Positions 18,566 to 27,964 of a stretch of 64,000 nucleotides of DNA are shown here, in pieces (position 1 is the first letter of the stretch; every line of letters begins with the position of its first letter). The position numbers and the translations under genes were made by a program. The DNA comes from Candidatus Saccharimonadales bacterium (GTDB lineage Bacteria; Patescibacteriota; Saccharimonadia; Saccharimonadales; 2-12-FULL-41-12), in the NCBI GenBank assembly GCA_025451045.1, contig JANWLD010000003.1, positions 5,690 through 69,689 of the forward strand, in the 5' to 3' direction. The notes under the pieces were generated by a model that did no database searches, had not been told where the DNA came from, and saw only the letters and a list, made by a program, of their open reading frames with translations.

Positions 18566-19443
18566 TTTGTAAGCCGGGATTTGTAGCCGGTCAGAAATTC
18601 AGCAACCGACATATCTTTTTTGCCAGCCGGCTTTAATCTTTTTATCGACAAAGCTTTTTCACCGGTGAAAACAATCAGCGACTTATCAGCTACTCGATAA
18701 TCACCGGCCGCGCCTTTGCCATCAGCAACATCAGCCGCGGTTATGATGCAGGGTATACCATTCAAATCAGCAGTGCTTTTCGGCCAGCCGGTGTAGGCCC
18801 GGATTTCCCGTTCAATCTGATCAGCTGGTTTTTTCCAGTCAATCAACCCATCTGATTTTTTTATAATACGGGTATAGCTGGCCCCCTTATCGGATTGAGG
18901 GGTTAACTTTATCTGTTTTGAAGAGAATATATCAACTAGGCATTTTATTAATAATTCATTGCCTAACTCCAGCAAAGAATCGGCCAGCTGCTGTTTTGTT
19001 TCATCACCGATAAGAGTGACGCTTTGCTGTGCCAACACCGGACCTTTGTCCATTTCCTCGCTGATTTGCATTATTGAAACACCGGTCTGCTTGCTACCGC
19101 TTAGTATGGTGTCTTCTATCGGCGCCGGCCCGCGGCCCTTAGGCAGTATTGAAGGGTGAATATTGATAATTCCATGTGGAAAAATATCAATGATACTTTT
19201 TGGAATAATTAAACCGTAAGCTACCAAAATGCCAATATCCGGCTTAAGCTGTTTTAACTCCTCGCTTATTTCTTTTAAGTCAACTGATGTAGACAAGGGA
19301 ATGTTGTTTTGGTTAAAGTCGGTTTGGTGTTTGGTATATATCTTCGCTACTCGATAGCCATTATTTAGTAACGTTTCAATAGTTTTGCCGCCGCTGCTTA
19401 CACCGGTAGCCAGCTTTTCATTACCGAAAAAAATTACTGCCAT
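18562..19443 (-). CDS. fmt: Methionyl-tRNA formyltransferase
   Basis: LVAYGLII, INIHPSILP..RGPAPI, TGVSIMQ...MDKGP. Confidence 0.95.
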   Translation of the reverse strand: MAVIFFGNEKLATGVSSGGKTIETLLNNGYRVAKIYTKHQTDFNQNNIPLSTSVDLKEISEELKQLKPDIGILVAYGLIIPKSIIDIFPHGIINIHPSILPKGRGPAPIEDTILSGSKQTGVSIMQISEEMDKGPVLAQQSVTLIGDETKQQLADSLLELGNELLIKCLVDIFSSKQIKLTPQSDKGASYTRIIKKSDGLIDWKKPADQIEREIRAYTGWPKSTADLNGIPCIITAADVADGKGAAGDYRVADKSLIVFTGEKALSIKRLKPAGKKDMSVAEFLTGYKSRLTN

Positions 19444-20009
19444 AACTGCTTATTATTCTTGATTTGCTTTTCCCAATTCAGGGGTTCGAGCGATCCGTCG
19501 TCTTTTAATTTGAAAAAAGCGTCCGCCTTATCCTTGATGTGGTCAATAAAGACAATGCCCTTGGTATGGTCTATCTCATGTTGAAGCACACGAGCTAAAA
19601 ACCCCTCGGCCGTCAAACGGACTTCTTTGCCGTTTGAGTCCAGAGCTTTTACTTTGACTTTTTCATAGCGTGGAACTCGACCATAGATGTTTTTGATGCT
19701 CAAACAGCCTTCAAAATCATCAACTAGCTCGCCATAAGCTTTGGTAACCTGCGGGTTGACGTACACCTGGAAGGTCCTGTCGTTTTTATCTTCAAAGTTA
19801 TTGCGAATGATTACGACTCGCAGGTGTTTATTAATCTGTACAGCCGCCAACGCGACTCCCATTTCATGTGCCCGGCTGTCTTCCCATGACAAAGTCGCCT
19901 CTTGCATATCCTGAACAAGTTTTTTAATTTCACTGGTGATAAGGCCGACACGGCGCGAAGACCGGCGCAAAGCTTTGTCAGGCAAAGTTATAATGTCAGA
20001 TTTGTTCAT
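19434..20009 (-). CDS. def: Peptide deformylase (start revised to ATG 20009)
   Basis: GVALAAVQI, EGCLS, QHEIDHTKG; upstream extension in the ORF track overlaps priA and is non-homologous. Confidence 0.95.
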   Translation of the reverse strand: MNKSDIITLPDKALRRSSRRVGLITSEIKKLVQDMQEATLSWEDSRAHEMGVALAAVQINKHLRVVIIRNNFEDKNDRTFQVYVNPQVTKAYGELVDDFEGCLSIKNIYGRVPRYEKVKVKALDSNGKEVRLTAEGFLARVLQHEIDHTKGIVFIDHIKDKADAFFKLKDDGSLEPLNWEKQIKNNKQLWQ

Positions 20010-20037
20010 TGGAATCAGTATAAAGCAACCAAGTACT

Positions 20038-21987
20038 TTATAGGAAGTTATTGGGATCAATATCGGACTTGAAAGTACTGGGAATAGAGCGGGCGATATC
20101 CACCAATCGGGAACGGTTTTTTGCTTTGACAAGTATCTGCCAATGCCATTTTGATGTCTTTTTTTCAACGAAACTAGGCGAAGGCCCGAGGATTTGAAAG
20201 TTTTTAGAATCAAGAGCCAGTTTTTCAATCAAGTTTTCCAGCGAACGTTCAGCGGCTGTCCGCGAACTGCGGGAACTTTCTATTTTAAGCGCCGAATAAA
20301 ATGGAGGGAAACCATATTTTTGACGCTGGACTACCTCTGAGCGGTAAAAATCTTCCCAGCTGTCATTAACGGCCGAACGTATAAATTCACTCTCAGGGTT
20401 AAAAGTCTGAACTACAAAAATTCCTTTTCGGTGGCCGCGGTTGATGCGGCCTGATAGTTGTTTTATCAGCTGGTACGTCCTTTCAGCTGAGCTAAAATCA
20501 GGAAAATCAAGACTACTGTCCGCGAGCAGCATGCTGACTAGCGATAACCTTGGCAAATCGTGTCCCTTAGTGACCACCTGTGTTCCGACGATTATGTCAA
20601 CATTATTAACGGCTTCTTCGTAGCGGTTCTCCAGCTTTTCAGATTTCTTGTTGTCACGGTCAAACCTAGCAATCCGAGCTTTAGGGAAAAGGCTGGAAAG
20701 ACTAGCGGCAATCGCTTTGGTACCGGGACTGCTGAAAAATATCTTGATAGAACCGCAAATCGGACATTTAGCCGGCGCTTTCTTACTGTAACCGCAGGTA
20801 TGGCAGCGTATCAGATGCTGGTCTCCGTGATAGACCATCGGCAGGTCGCAATTTTTGCATACTTCCCGGTGGCCGCAATCCTGACAGGAAATTGAGCGGG
20901 CCGAGCCGCGCTTGTTGATAAAAAGCATAACCTGCTCTCCTTTGCTCAAAGTTTCAGAGATCTGCTTTATCAAAGTTCGGCTAATAAGTGGATGGCCGCT
21001 ATTTTCATCCGGATTAAGCAGGTTTACAATAATTGCGGAATTTTCGGGTGCTTCGGAAGTTATGGCCGAACGGCTCAGACGAATAATTGGTACGTTTTTT
21101 TGTTCAGCCAGGTAATAGTCGATTACCGGAGGCGTGGCCGAACCGAATATAAGTTTTGCGCCTGAAAACTTAGCCAGCATACTGGCCGTTCGATTAGCAT
21201 GATAAAACGGCCGGGACTCTTGCTTATAAGCCGGTTCATGGAACTCATCCACCACTATTAAACCGAGGTCGCCGAGTGGTAAAAATAGGCTAGAACGCGG
21301 CCCGACGATAATAAACGGCTTTTTAGAGAAGAACAGTTTATAAAATAGGTTGGATTTTTGCTTGGGGGTTAAAGCGGAATGGTTGATTAAGACCCTATCA
21401 CCAAAGACTTGCTTAAAACTCTCGGCGATAGGGGCTGTCAGGGAAATCTCCGGCGTAAGTACCAATACGGACTGGTTCTTTGCCAGATTATCCTTTGCCA
21501 ATTCAATATAAAGTCGGGTTTTGCCACTGCCGGTTATCCCATGAACGATGAAACTGCCTTGGCCGGCAGCAAAACTTTTGTTTATCAAAGCGTATGCATG
21601 AGCTTGTTCTGTTGTAAGCTGAGGCAGACTTTTAAAGTCGCCTCGCACAGTTAATTTAGAAGCTTCAATGGCTACCAGAGGCTTTGTCAGCGGAGAAGGG
21701 GCGAACAGCTGGGCTATTGAGCCAAGCGGCGCAGGGTAAAAAACGGACATCTGTTGCAGAAGCTGGATCTGATGTTCCGGAATCACCAGCCCACTTAAAA
21801 CTTCTTCGATTTCAGCCGCCACAAAAGCCGGTTTACTAACTTGTCTGACAACAATTCCTTGGCACGATAGACCCCTTAGTTTTATGCGTACTATCTGCCC
21901 AATCTTAAGCTTAGCCGGATGAGCATAAGTCAAAGCTTCCTTGCCATGGAAACTGCCTGTAGCCGGTATAACTTCGAAATAATTCAT
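20038..21987 (-). CDS. priA: Primosomal protein N' (PriA helicase)
   Basis: HGITGSGKT, LTPEISLT, VDEFHE, SATP, two Zn-binding CxxC pairs, GTQVVTKGHD. Confidence 0.95.
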   Translation of the reverse strand: MNYFEVIPATGSFHGKEALTYAHPAKLKIGQIVRIKLRGLSCQGIVVRQVSKPAFVAAEIEEVLSGLVIPEHQIQLLQQMSVFYPAPLGSIAQLFAPSPLTKPLVAIEASKLTVRGDFKSLPQLTTEQAHAYALINKSFAAGQGSFIVHGITGSGKTRLYIELAKDNLAKNQSVLVLTPEISLTAPIAESFKQVFGDRVLINHSALTPKQKSNLFYKLFFSKKPFIIVGPRSSLFLPLGDLGLIVVDEFHEPAYKQESRPFYHANRTASMLAKFSGAKLIFGSATPPVIDYYLAEQKNVPIIRLSRSAITSEAPENSAIIVNLLNPDENSGHPLISRTLIKQISETLSKGEQVMLFINKRGSARSISCQDCGHREVCKNCDLPMVYHGDQHLIRCHTCGYSKKAPAKCPICGSIKIFFSSPGTKAIAASLSSLFPKARIARFDRDNKKSEKLENRYEEAVNNVDIIVGTQVVTKGHDLPRLSLVSMLLADSSLDFPDFSSAERTYQLIKQLSGRINRGHRKGIFVVQTFNPESEFIRSAVNDSWEDFYRSEVVQRQKYGFPPFYSALKIESSRSSRTAAERSLENLIEKLALDSKNFQILGPSPSFVEKKTSKWHWQILVKAKNRSRLVDIARSIPSTFKSDIDPNNFL

Positions 21988-22065
21988 AAGTCCTCTCGAT
22001 TTATATTACAGGATATTAAAATTTGATGATTTGGAGTTAGGCGTGTAATATTAATACATCGTACG

Positions 22066-22081
22066 TTGTCGCAATGACATC
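22066..22081 (+). promoter_or_regulatory. Palindromic operator candidate upstream of wHTH regulator
   Basis: TGTC-GCAAT-GACA just downstream of a TAATAT -10-like hexamer. Confidence 0.35.
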
Positions 22082-22105
22082 GCAAACGGAGAATAAGAAA
22101 GTAAA

Positions 22106-22393
22106 ATGTTAGACGTATTTGTTACATCACGCGTAAGGCGAAAAATAATAGTAGTGTATGCAAAGTATCCTGACTTCAAGACTCATGTCCGGGGCCTGGC
22201 TAAGCTTATCAAAGAAGATGCCGGTAATATACAGCGTGAGCTTAAGCGCCTGGAAAAAGTCGGTTTTCTGACTTCTGAAAAACAGGCCAATACCAAAGTT
22301 TACGCGACCAACAAACATTTTGCTATTTTTAAGGAACTTCAAAGTATAGTACTCAAATCCCAAAGAGCAGCCGCTCAAAAAAAGCAGCAGTAA
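22106..22393 (+). CDS. Winged-helix (ArsR-like) transcriptional regulator
   Basis: HVRGLAKLIKEDAGNIQRELKRLEKVGFL...KVY. Confidence 0.8.
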   Translation: MLDVFVTSRVRRKIIVVYAKYPDFKTHVRGLAKLIKEDAGNIQRELKRLEKVGFLTSEKQANTKVYATNKHFAIFKELQSIVLKSQRAAAQKKQQ

Positions 22394-22448
22394 GTACAAC
22401 TGATACTTATCCTTGAGTTTTAACCGTGACTAGTGTAGTATTATGCCG

Positions 22449-22658
22449 ATGATACAGGTAACCCGCAAAGACTCAAAGGAGTCGACAGAAAATGTATTGC
22501 GCCGATTTAACCGCAAGGTCCAACAGTCAGGCTTAATAGCTGTAGTAAGACAAGGCCAGCACTTCGAGAAGCCGATGAGCAAACGGGAGAGACGCCGCCG
22601 GGCAATAATCCGCACAGAACGAAAATCACAAAAAATTAAGCGGATGAAACTGTCTTAA
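22449..22658 (+). CDS. rpsU: 30S ribosomal protein S21
   Basis: ESTENVLRRFNRKV, HFEKPMSKRERRR; start could also be 22443. Confidence 0.88.
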   Translation: MIQVTRKDSKESTENVLRRFNRKVQQSGLIAVVRQGQHFEKPMSKRERRRRAIIRTERKSQKIKRMKLS

Positions 22659-22692
22659 ACGACAGAATAGACCGTAATATATTCACACGACA

Positions 22693-23148
22693 ATGGGCAA
22701 ATTAAGTGAAAAGTTAGATGCGGACTTGAAACAGGCCATGCTCTCTGGCGATAAGGTATTGGTTTCGACGCTGCGCGGTATAAAAAGCTCATTACAGTAC
22801 GCTCAGGTTGAAAAAGGCGTCGGAGAAAATCTTTCCGATGATGAAGCGCTTAAAGTTCTGCAGAAGGAATCCAAGAAGCGGGCCGATGCCGCAGAGCTCT
22901 ATCTTAAGGGAGGCGACTCCGAACGCGCAGACAACGAAAAAAACGAAAAGAAAGTTATTGACGCCTATCTGCCGGCGATGATGACCGAGGAAGAAACTGC
23001 CAAATTGGTTGATGAGGCTATCGCTGGCGGTATAGAACCCCAGCCGCAGAATATGGGCCGGATAATCTCTGAAGTCATAAAAAAAGCTGGCGGGCTAGCC
23101 GACGGCGGTACTGTGGCCCGGCTGGTAAAAGAAAGACTCAACCCGTGA
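22693..23148 (+). CDS. GatB/YqeY domain protein
   Basis: DLKQAML, LQKESKKR..A..Y..GG, EKKVIDAYLP, MGRIISEV, ADGG. Confidence 0.92.
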   Translation: MGKLSEKLDADLKQAMLSGDKVLVSTLRGIKSSLQYAQVEKGVGENLSDDEALKVLQKESKKRADAAELYLKGGDSERADNEKNEKKVIDAYLPAMMTEEETAKLVDEAIAGGIEPQPQNMGRIISEVIKKAGGLADGGTVARLVKERLNP

Positions 23149-23678
23149 TACTGATAATGGGGCTAGCCGGTTCCGGCAAAGGTACTCAGGGCAAGCTGCT
23201 AGCGGACAAACTAGATTACGAATACCTGTCTACAGGCGAGTTTCTGCGTACTTATACGACCGAGGAAATGCGCCGACAAATGGATGCCGGACATCTGATA
23301 AACGACGAGGAAATGATAGAAATAATCCAGAACTTTCTTAATAAATCATCCTCTAAAGACCACTGTATATTAGACGGTTTCCCCCGCAGCAAAACACAGG
23401 CAGACTGGCTGATAGCCCAGCATGCATCCGGGGTTATCAATATAGAAGCCCTAATTTACCTAAATGTGCCTAAGGAAGAACTGGTCAAAAGACTGCTCTC
23501 CCGCGGCCGACCGGACGACAATGAGCTGGCTATCAGAAAGCGCTTCGAAGAATATTCTAATTCCACTTCCCCTATAATCGATGATTACAAGGCCAGGGGG
23601 ATAAAGGTGATTGAAGTCGACGGACAAGGCTTGGTAGAAGACATTCAAGCCAAAATATTAAACTCAGTAGGCAGATAA
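23145..23678 (+). CDS. adk: Adenylate kinase (short, LID-less)
   Basis: GLAGSGKGTQ, STGEFLR, ILDGFPR, RGRPDD. Confidence 0.9.
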   Translation: MILIMGLAGSGKGTQGKLLADKLDYEYLSTGEFLRTYTTEEMRRQMDAGHLINDEEMIEIIQNFLNKSSSKDHCILDGFPRSKTQADWLIAQHASGVINIEALIYLNVPKEELVKRLLSRGRPDDNELAIRKRFEEYSNSTSPIIDDYKARGIKVIEVDGQGLVEDIQAKILNSVGR

Positions 23679-23698
23679 CGGCCTAAAAAAGAATTATT

Positions 23699-24451
23699 TT
23701 GTATACCAAAGTAAAGACCGACGCTGAAATAAAGTCTATGAAGAGAGCCGGTCGGATATGCTCGGAAATCCTTAGCTTACTTAAAAACACGGTTAAGGCG
23801 GACATGAGCACTAAAGCTTTAGCCGATTTAGCCGCTAAGGAGATAAAAGCCCGCGGCGCCAAACCGGCATTCTTAGGCTATAAAGATTTCCCCGATGTAA
23901 TCTGTATATCAGTAAATGAGGAGGTAGTTCATGGTATACCAGGCAAGAGGCTTGTTCAGGCCGGGGATATAGTAAGCTTTGACCTAGGCATAGCTTACGA
24001 AGGAATGATAGTCGACAGCGCCCTGTCTGTAATAGTTGACTTAAAGGATAAAAACAAACTCAGATTACTCAATGCCACGGAGCAATCGCTGTACAAAGGC
24101 ATAGACAGACTCCGCGACGGTTGCCGGGTTGGCGACATCGGCAATGCCGTAGAAAAAGTCCTTAGAAAGAGCAATTTGGGCATTATCCGGGATTTGGTCG
24201 GCCACGGCGTTGGCCATAAAGTACACGAAGATCCGAATATACCTAACTATGGCGTTTCCGGTACCGGGCCAAGCCTGCGCGCCGGCATGACGGTAGCCAT
24301 AGAACCAATGGCCACTCTTGGCAGTGAACAAGTTTATATTGACAGCGACGGCTGGACAGTCAAGACAGCCGACGGTTCAGCATCAGCCCACTTTGAACAG
24401 ACCGTTCTTATAACTGATAACGGCTATGAAATCCTAACCCCTTTTAATTGA
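23699..24451 (+). CDS. map: Methionine aminopeptidase type I
   Basis: CISVNEEVVHGIP, GHGVGH..HEDP, AIEPM, SAHFEQT. Confidence 0.96.
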   Translation: MYTKVKTDAEIKSMKRAGRICSEILSLLKNTVKADMSTKALADLAAKEIKARGAKPAFLGYKDFPDVICISVNEEVVHGIPGKRLVQAGDIVSFDLGIAYEGMIVDSALSVIVDLKDKNKLRLLNATEQSLYKGIDRLRDGCRVGDIGNAVEKVLRKSNLGIIRDLVGHGVGHKVHEDPNIPNYGVSGTGPSLRAGMTVAIEPMATLGSEQVYIDSDGWTVKTADGSASAHFEQTVLITDNGYEILTPFN

Positions 24452-24510
24452 GCGGTTATTCTCTAAACTAAGCTTGCCCGCCGAACATTCTAAAGGTTAT
24501 ACTGACAGTC

Positions 24511-25752
24511 ATGCGAGAATCCGCTTCTCAGTATTTTGTCGGTCTTGATATTGGCACCAGCGCTGTACGCTGTGTTATCGGCAGCTATGATGCCGCTAGC
24601 GATGAACCGGCCGTATCCGTAGTTGGTTATGGCTCCAGTCCGAATTCCGGCTTCAGGAAAGGAGCCATCGCCCACCTTGATGACGTAGTCAGTGCCATTC
24701 ATGAAGCCGTCGTTGAAGCTGAGCGCATATCCGGCATCCATGTCGAGAATGCCACAGTTAATATTAACGGCGCACATGTTAGCAGCATTGATTCAAGAGG
24801 CGTAATAGCCATCAGTACTGCCAGTAAACAAATAAGCAACGATGATAAATTACGGGTTCAGGAAGCCGCAACCATCGTACAATTGCCTTCGAACCGGGAA
24901 ATCATTCAGGTTTTTCCTAAAAACTATCAAGTAGATGGCCATGACAGTATTAAAAATCCGGTTGGTATGCAAGGAGTACGTCTGGAGGTTGAAACCCACA
25001 TTATTACCGCCGCTACCCCAAATTTGAGAAGTTTGGATTTAGCTCTGCAAAAATCTAACATCTATCCGAACAATCATACTGCCTCCGGCTTGGCCGCGGC
25101 CGAAATAGTCCTCAGCCGCAAACAGCGGGAAGCGGGCAGCGCGGTGGTTGACATCGGAGCTTCAACTACCAATGTAGCTGTTATAGAAGACGGTGAAATC
25201 CAGCATGTCGCCGTCATCCCACTGGGCGGCATCAATATTACCAACGATCTAGCTATCGGACTCAAAGTGGATCTGGAAATAGCCGAAAAAGTCAAAATCC
25301 AGCACGCGGCATTGGCCGATACCGGCAAGGGTGGCCGTTTAAGCGTCGAACATGATAAACGAAATTTTGTATTCGAAGCTGAAGATATACAGATGATAAT
25401 CGAAGCGCGCGTTGAGGAAATACTTGATTTTGTGGATAAAGAGCTTAAAAAGATACACCGCTCACAAAAACTCCCTGGCGGAATTACGCTGGTTGGCGGC
25501 ACCTCCAAAATTTCCGGCATCGCCGAATTTGCCAAAGAGTACTTGGGGCTGTCCGCAAAAATTGGCGAAATGGGCAATATTGCCGGGATAGCTGATGATA
25601 TAAAAGACTCACGATTTATCGTCGCGGTGGGGCTTATGCATCTGGATATGATATTTGCCGGACAGTCGTTCAACACTAGTCTGGGCGGTTCGCGGGCAGC
25701 CGAAGGAGTAGGTTCATTACTCAAAGACTTTTGGTTCAAAATCAAGCCGTAG
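24511..25752 (+). CDS. ftsA: Cell division protein FtsA
   Basis: GLDIGTS, NPVGMQGVRLE, DIGASTT, ITNDLA..AEKVK; upstream of ftsZ. Confidence 0.96.
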   Translation: MRESASQYFVGLDIGTSAVRCVIGSYDAASDEPAVSVVGYGSSPNSGFRKGAIAHLDDVVSAIHEAVVEAERISGIHVENATVNINGAHVSSIDSRGVIAISTASKQISNDDKLRVQEAATIVQLPSNREIIQVFPKNYQVDGHDSIKNPVGMQGVRLEVETHIITAATPNLRSLDLALQKSNIYPNNHTASGLAAAEIVLSRKQREAGSAVVDIGASTTNVAVIEDGEIQHVAVIPLGGINITNDLAIGLKVDLEIAEKVKIQHAALADTGKGGRLSVEHDKRNFVFEAEDIQMIIEARVEEILDFVDKELKKIHRSQKLPGGITLVGGTSKISGIAEFAKEYLGLSAKIGEMGNIAGIADDIKDSRFIVAVGLMHLDMIFAGQSFNTSLGGSRAAEGVGSLLKDFWFKIKP

Positions 25753-25864
25753 TCATTTAGTTGTTCTTTTTGCTAAAATGTATTTACTATTCGTTTGAAC
25801 CGCAAGCGACCCTAGGTTATACTTTGTTAAGTATTAGGGATGAGAAAAAGGAGAGTTAGTTAAT

Positions 25865-27187
25865 ATGCCGCAGGTTTCACCGTCAATCGAGACATTTGCA
25901 AGAATAAAAGTTGTCGGAGTGGGCGGCGCTGGTGGGGCGGCTATCAACCGCATGGTTGAAGCTGGGGTAGAGGGCGTGGAGTTCGTCGTTATAAATACCG
26001 ATGCCCAGGCCTTGCATCATTCCAAAGCCCAGACCAAAATCCACATCGGAAATGATACGACCAGAGGTCTTGGCGCCGGAGCTGACCCGTTGGTAGGCCA
26101 GAAGGCCGCTGAAGAATCAATAGAGGATATTAAAAAAGCATTAGACGGAGCCGATATGGTATTTATTACCATTGGCGCCGGCGGCGGAACCGGTAGCGGC
26201 GCCGGCCATATAGTATCCAAAATTGCCAAAGAACAGGGTTCACTGGTAGTCGGTTTTGCTACCAAACCGTTTGCTTTTGAAGGCGACAAGCGCTCCAAAA
26301 ACGCCGAAGTGGCCATTGATAATATGAGCAAATCCGTTGATACCCTGATAACTATCCCCAATGACAGATTACTGCAAACCATTGACCGTTCCACCCCTAT
26401 TTTAGAAGCTTTCAAAGTAGCCGATGACGTCCTGCGCCAAGGAGTGCAAGGCATATCCGATCTAATAACTGTGCATGGACTTATTAATCTTGACTTTGCT
26501 GACGTAAAAACGGTGATGAGTGATGCCGGTTCGGCTCTGATGGGCATCGGTAGGGCCAGTGGTGACAATCGAGCTGTCGAAGCCGCTCAACAGGCCGTTG
26601 ATTCGCCTTTGCTTGAGGTGTCAATTGATGGTGCTAGGGGCGTCCTATTTAATGTTATCGGCGGCGATGACATGTCAATGCACGAAATTAACACGGTAGC
26701 CGAAACTATCACTGCTTCGGCGGATAAAGACGCTAACATTATCTTTGGTGCTACCATCAATCCTGAACTGGAGGGCGAACTGATAGTAACCGTAGTAGCG
26801 ACTGGTTTTGAAGACTCTTACTTCTCCAAGAAAACTTCGGCTCGTTTGCGTACCTTGATTACCGAATCAGCCACCGAGGAAGAAAACGAGGAGAAAAAAT
26901 CCAAGAAACAAAAAGCCGATGACATACCCGGAGATATCGATATGGAACTGACTGACAAACAGGCCGTTGAAGAGCATGCCGATTTCCATGCCGAGGAAAC
27001 CGAGGGTACTAATATTTGGAAGAATGAAAATTCAGAAAATGACAATGATAGTAAAAAAGACAACGATAACCAATTTGTCAGTGAATCTTTTGACAACGAA
27101 GAACTCGAAAAGCCCTCTTTTCTACGCCGTTTTACTAAGCGCAAAAAAGCTGATGAAAAGGAATCTGACGATTCTGACAACGTGTAA
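25865..27187 (+). CDS. ftsZ: Cell division protein FtsZ
   Basis: [34 protein letters not shown]-terminal KPSFLRR. Confidence 0.98.
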   Translation: MPQVSPSIETFARIKVVGVGGAGGAAINRMVEAGVEGVEFVVINTDAQALHHSKAQTKIHIGNDTTRGLGAGADPLVGQKAAEESIEDIKKALDGADMVFITIGAGGGTGSGAGHIVSKIAKEQGSLVVGFATKPFAFEGDKRSKNAEVAIDNMSKSVDTLITIPNDRLLQTIDRSTPILEAFKVADDVLRQGVQGISDLITVHGLINLDFADVKTVMSDAGSALMGIGRASGDNRAVEAAQQAVDSPLLEVSIDGARGVLFNVIGGDDMSMHEINTVAETITASADKDANIIFGATINPELEGELIVTVVATGFEDSYFSKKTSARLRTLITESATEEENEEKKSKKQKADDIPGDIDMELTDKQAVEEHADFHAEETEGTNIWKNENSENDNDSKKDNDNQFVSESFDNEELEKPSFLRRFTKRKKADEKESDDSDNV

Positions 27188-27207
27188 TTAATACACCATA
27201 TTTTCTA

Positions 27208-27263
27208 TTGCAAAACACCATCTACAGCGTTATGATTCATAACATACACGCTATATGTAGTTA
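27208..27263 (+). promoter_or_regulatory. nrdR-nrdJ promoter with tandem NrdR boxes
   Basis: TTGCAA(27208)-N17-TATGAT; ACACCATCTACAGCGT (27215-27230) and ACGCTATATGTAGTTA (27248-27263) resemble acaCwAtATaTwGtgt. Confidence 0.7.
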
Positions 27264-27346
27264 AAAAGTATAGTGATCGTACATTTAAATTGAACAGATT
27301 TATTCTTCAATCGAATCAATCTTAAACCATAGGAAGGTATGCATAT

Positions 27347-27823
27347 ATGAATTGTAGTCGCTGTCATGCATCCGACACCAAGGTGATTGAATCTCGTGAT
27401 GTAGCCGGCGGAAAGTCCATAAGAAGAAGGCGCATGTGCTCTGAATGTACGCACCGCTTTACTACCTATGAACGCATTGAACGGCCGCAGCTCATTGTCG
27501 TCAAGAACAATGACGTCAGAGAAATATTTAATCGCAACAAACTGCTTGCCGGCCTTTATCGGGCCTGTGAAAAGACATCGGTTACCAGCCTGCAGCTGGA
27601 ACAGTTAGTATCGGATGTTGAGACCCAACTTTATGAATGCAGTGATCCGGAAGTTTCCACTTCAAAAATTGGCGAGCTGGTCATGGAACAGCTGTCGAAT
27701 CTTAATGAAGTAGCATATGTACGTTTCGCAAGCGTATACAGGAGGTTCAAGGACATCGCAAGCTTCGAAAAAGAGCTATCGGATATTCGAAAGAAAAAAA
27801 CAGGGTCAGTCAAGGCTCATTAA
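27347..27823 (+). CDS. nrdR: Transcriptional repressor NrdR
   Basis: CxxC...KVIESR...IRRRRMC..C..RFTTYE, ATP cone, VAYVRFASVYR. Confidence 0.97.
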   Translation: MNCSRCHASDTKVIESRDVAGGKSIRRRRMCSECTHRFTTYERIERPQLIVVKNNDVREIFNRNKLLAGLYRACEKTSVTSLQLEQLVSDVETQLYECSDPEVSTSKIGELVMEQLSNLNEVAYVRFASVYRRFKDIASFEKELSDIRKKKTGSVKAH

Positions 27824-27964
27824 TCTTGATAAGTTCCCCCTAGGCTTCAAAGCTTGAAGCTTACGGAGAGCTTGTTTTCGCCAGTAATTAGAGGTGTTGC
27901 GGGCGAAGGCCGACTCTAAATAAAAATCAATAATAAAAATTAACAAATAAGACGAGGTAAAATT

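Noticed and set aside
20010..20228. N-terminal extension of Def in the ORF track
   Set aside because: It overlaps priA in another frame; deformylase homology starts at M74 (20009).
27828..27920. Cobalamin riboswitch upstream of nrdJ
   Set aside because: Hairpins are present but the conserved GGGAA, T-loop and B12-box (GCCACTG...GGGAAG) elements are not.
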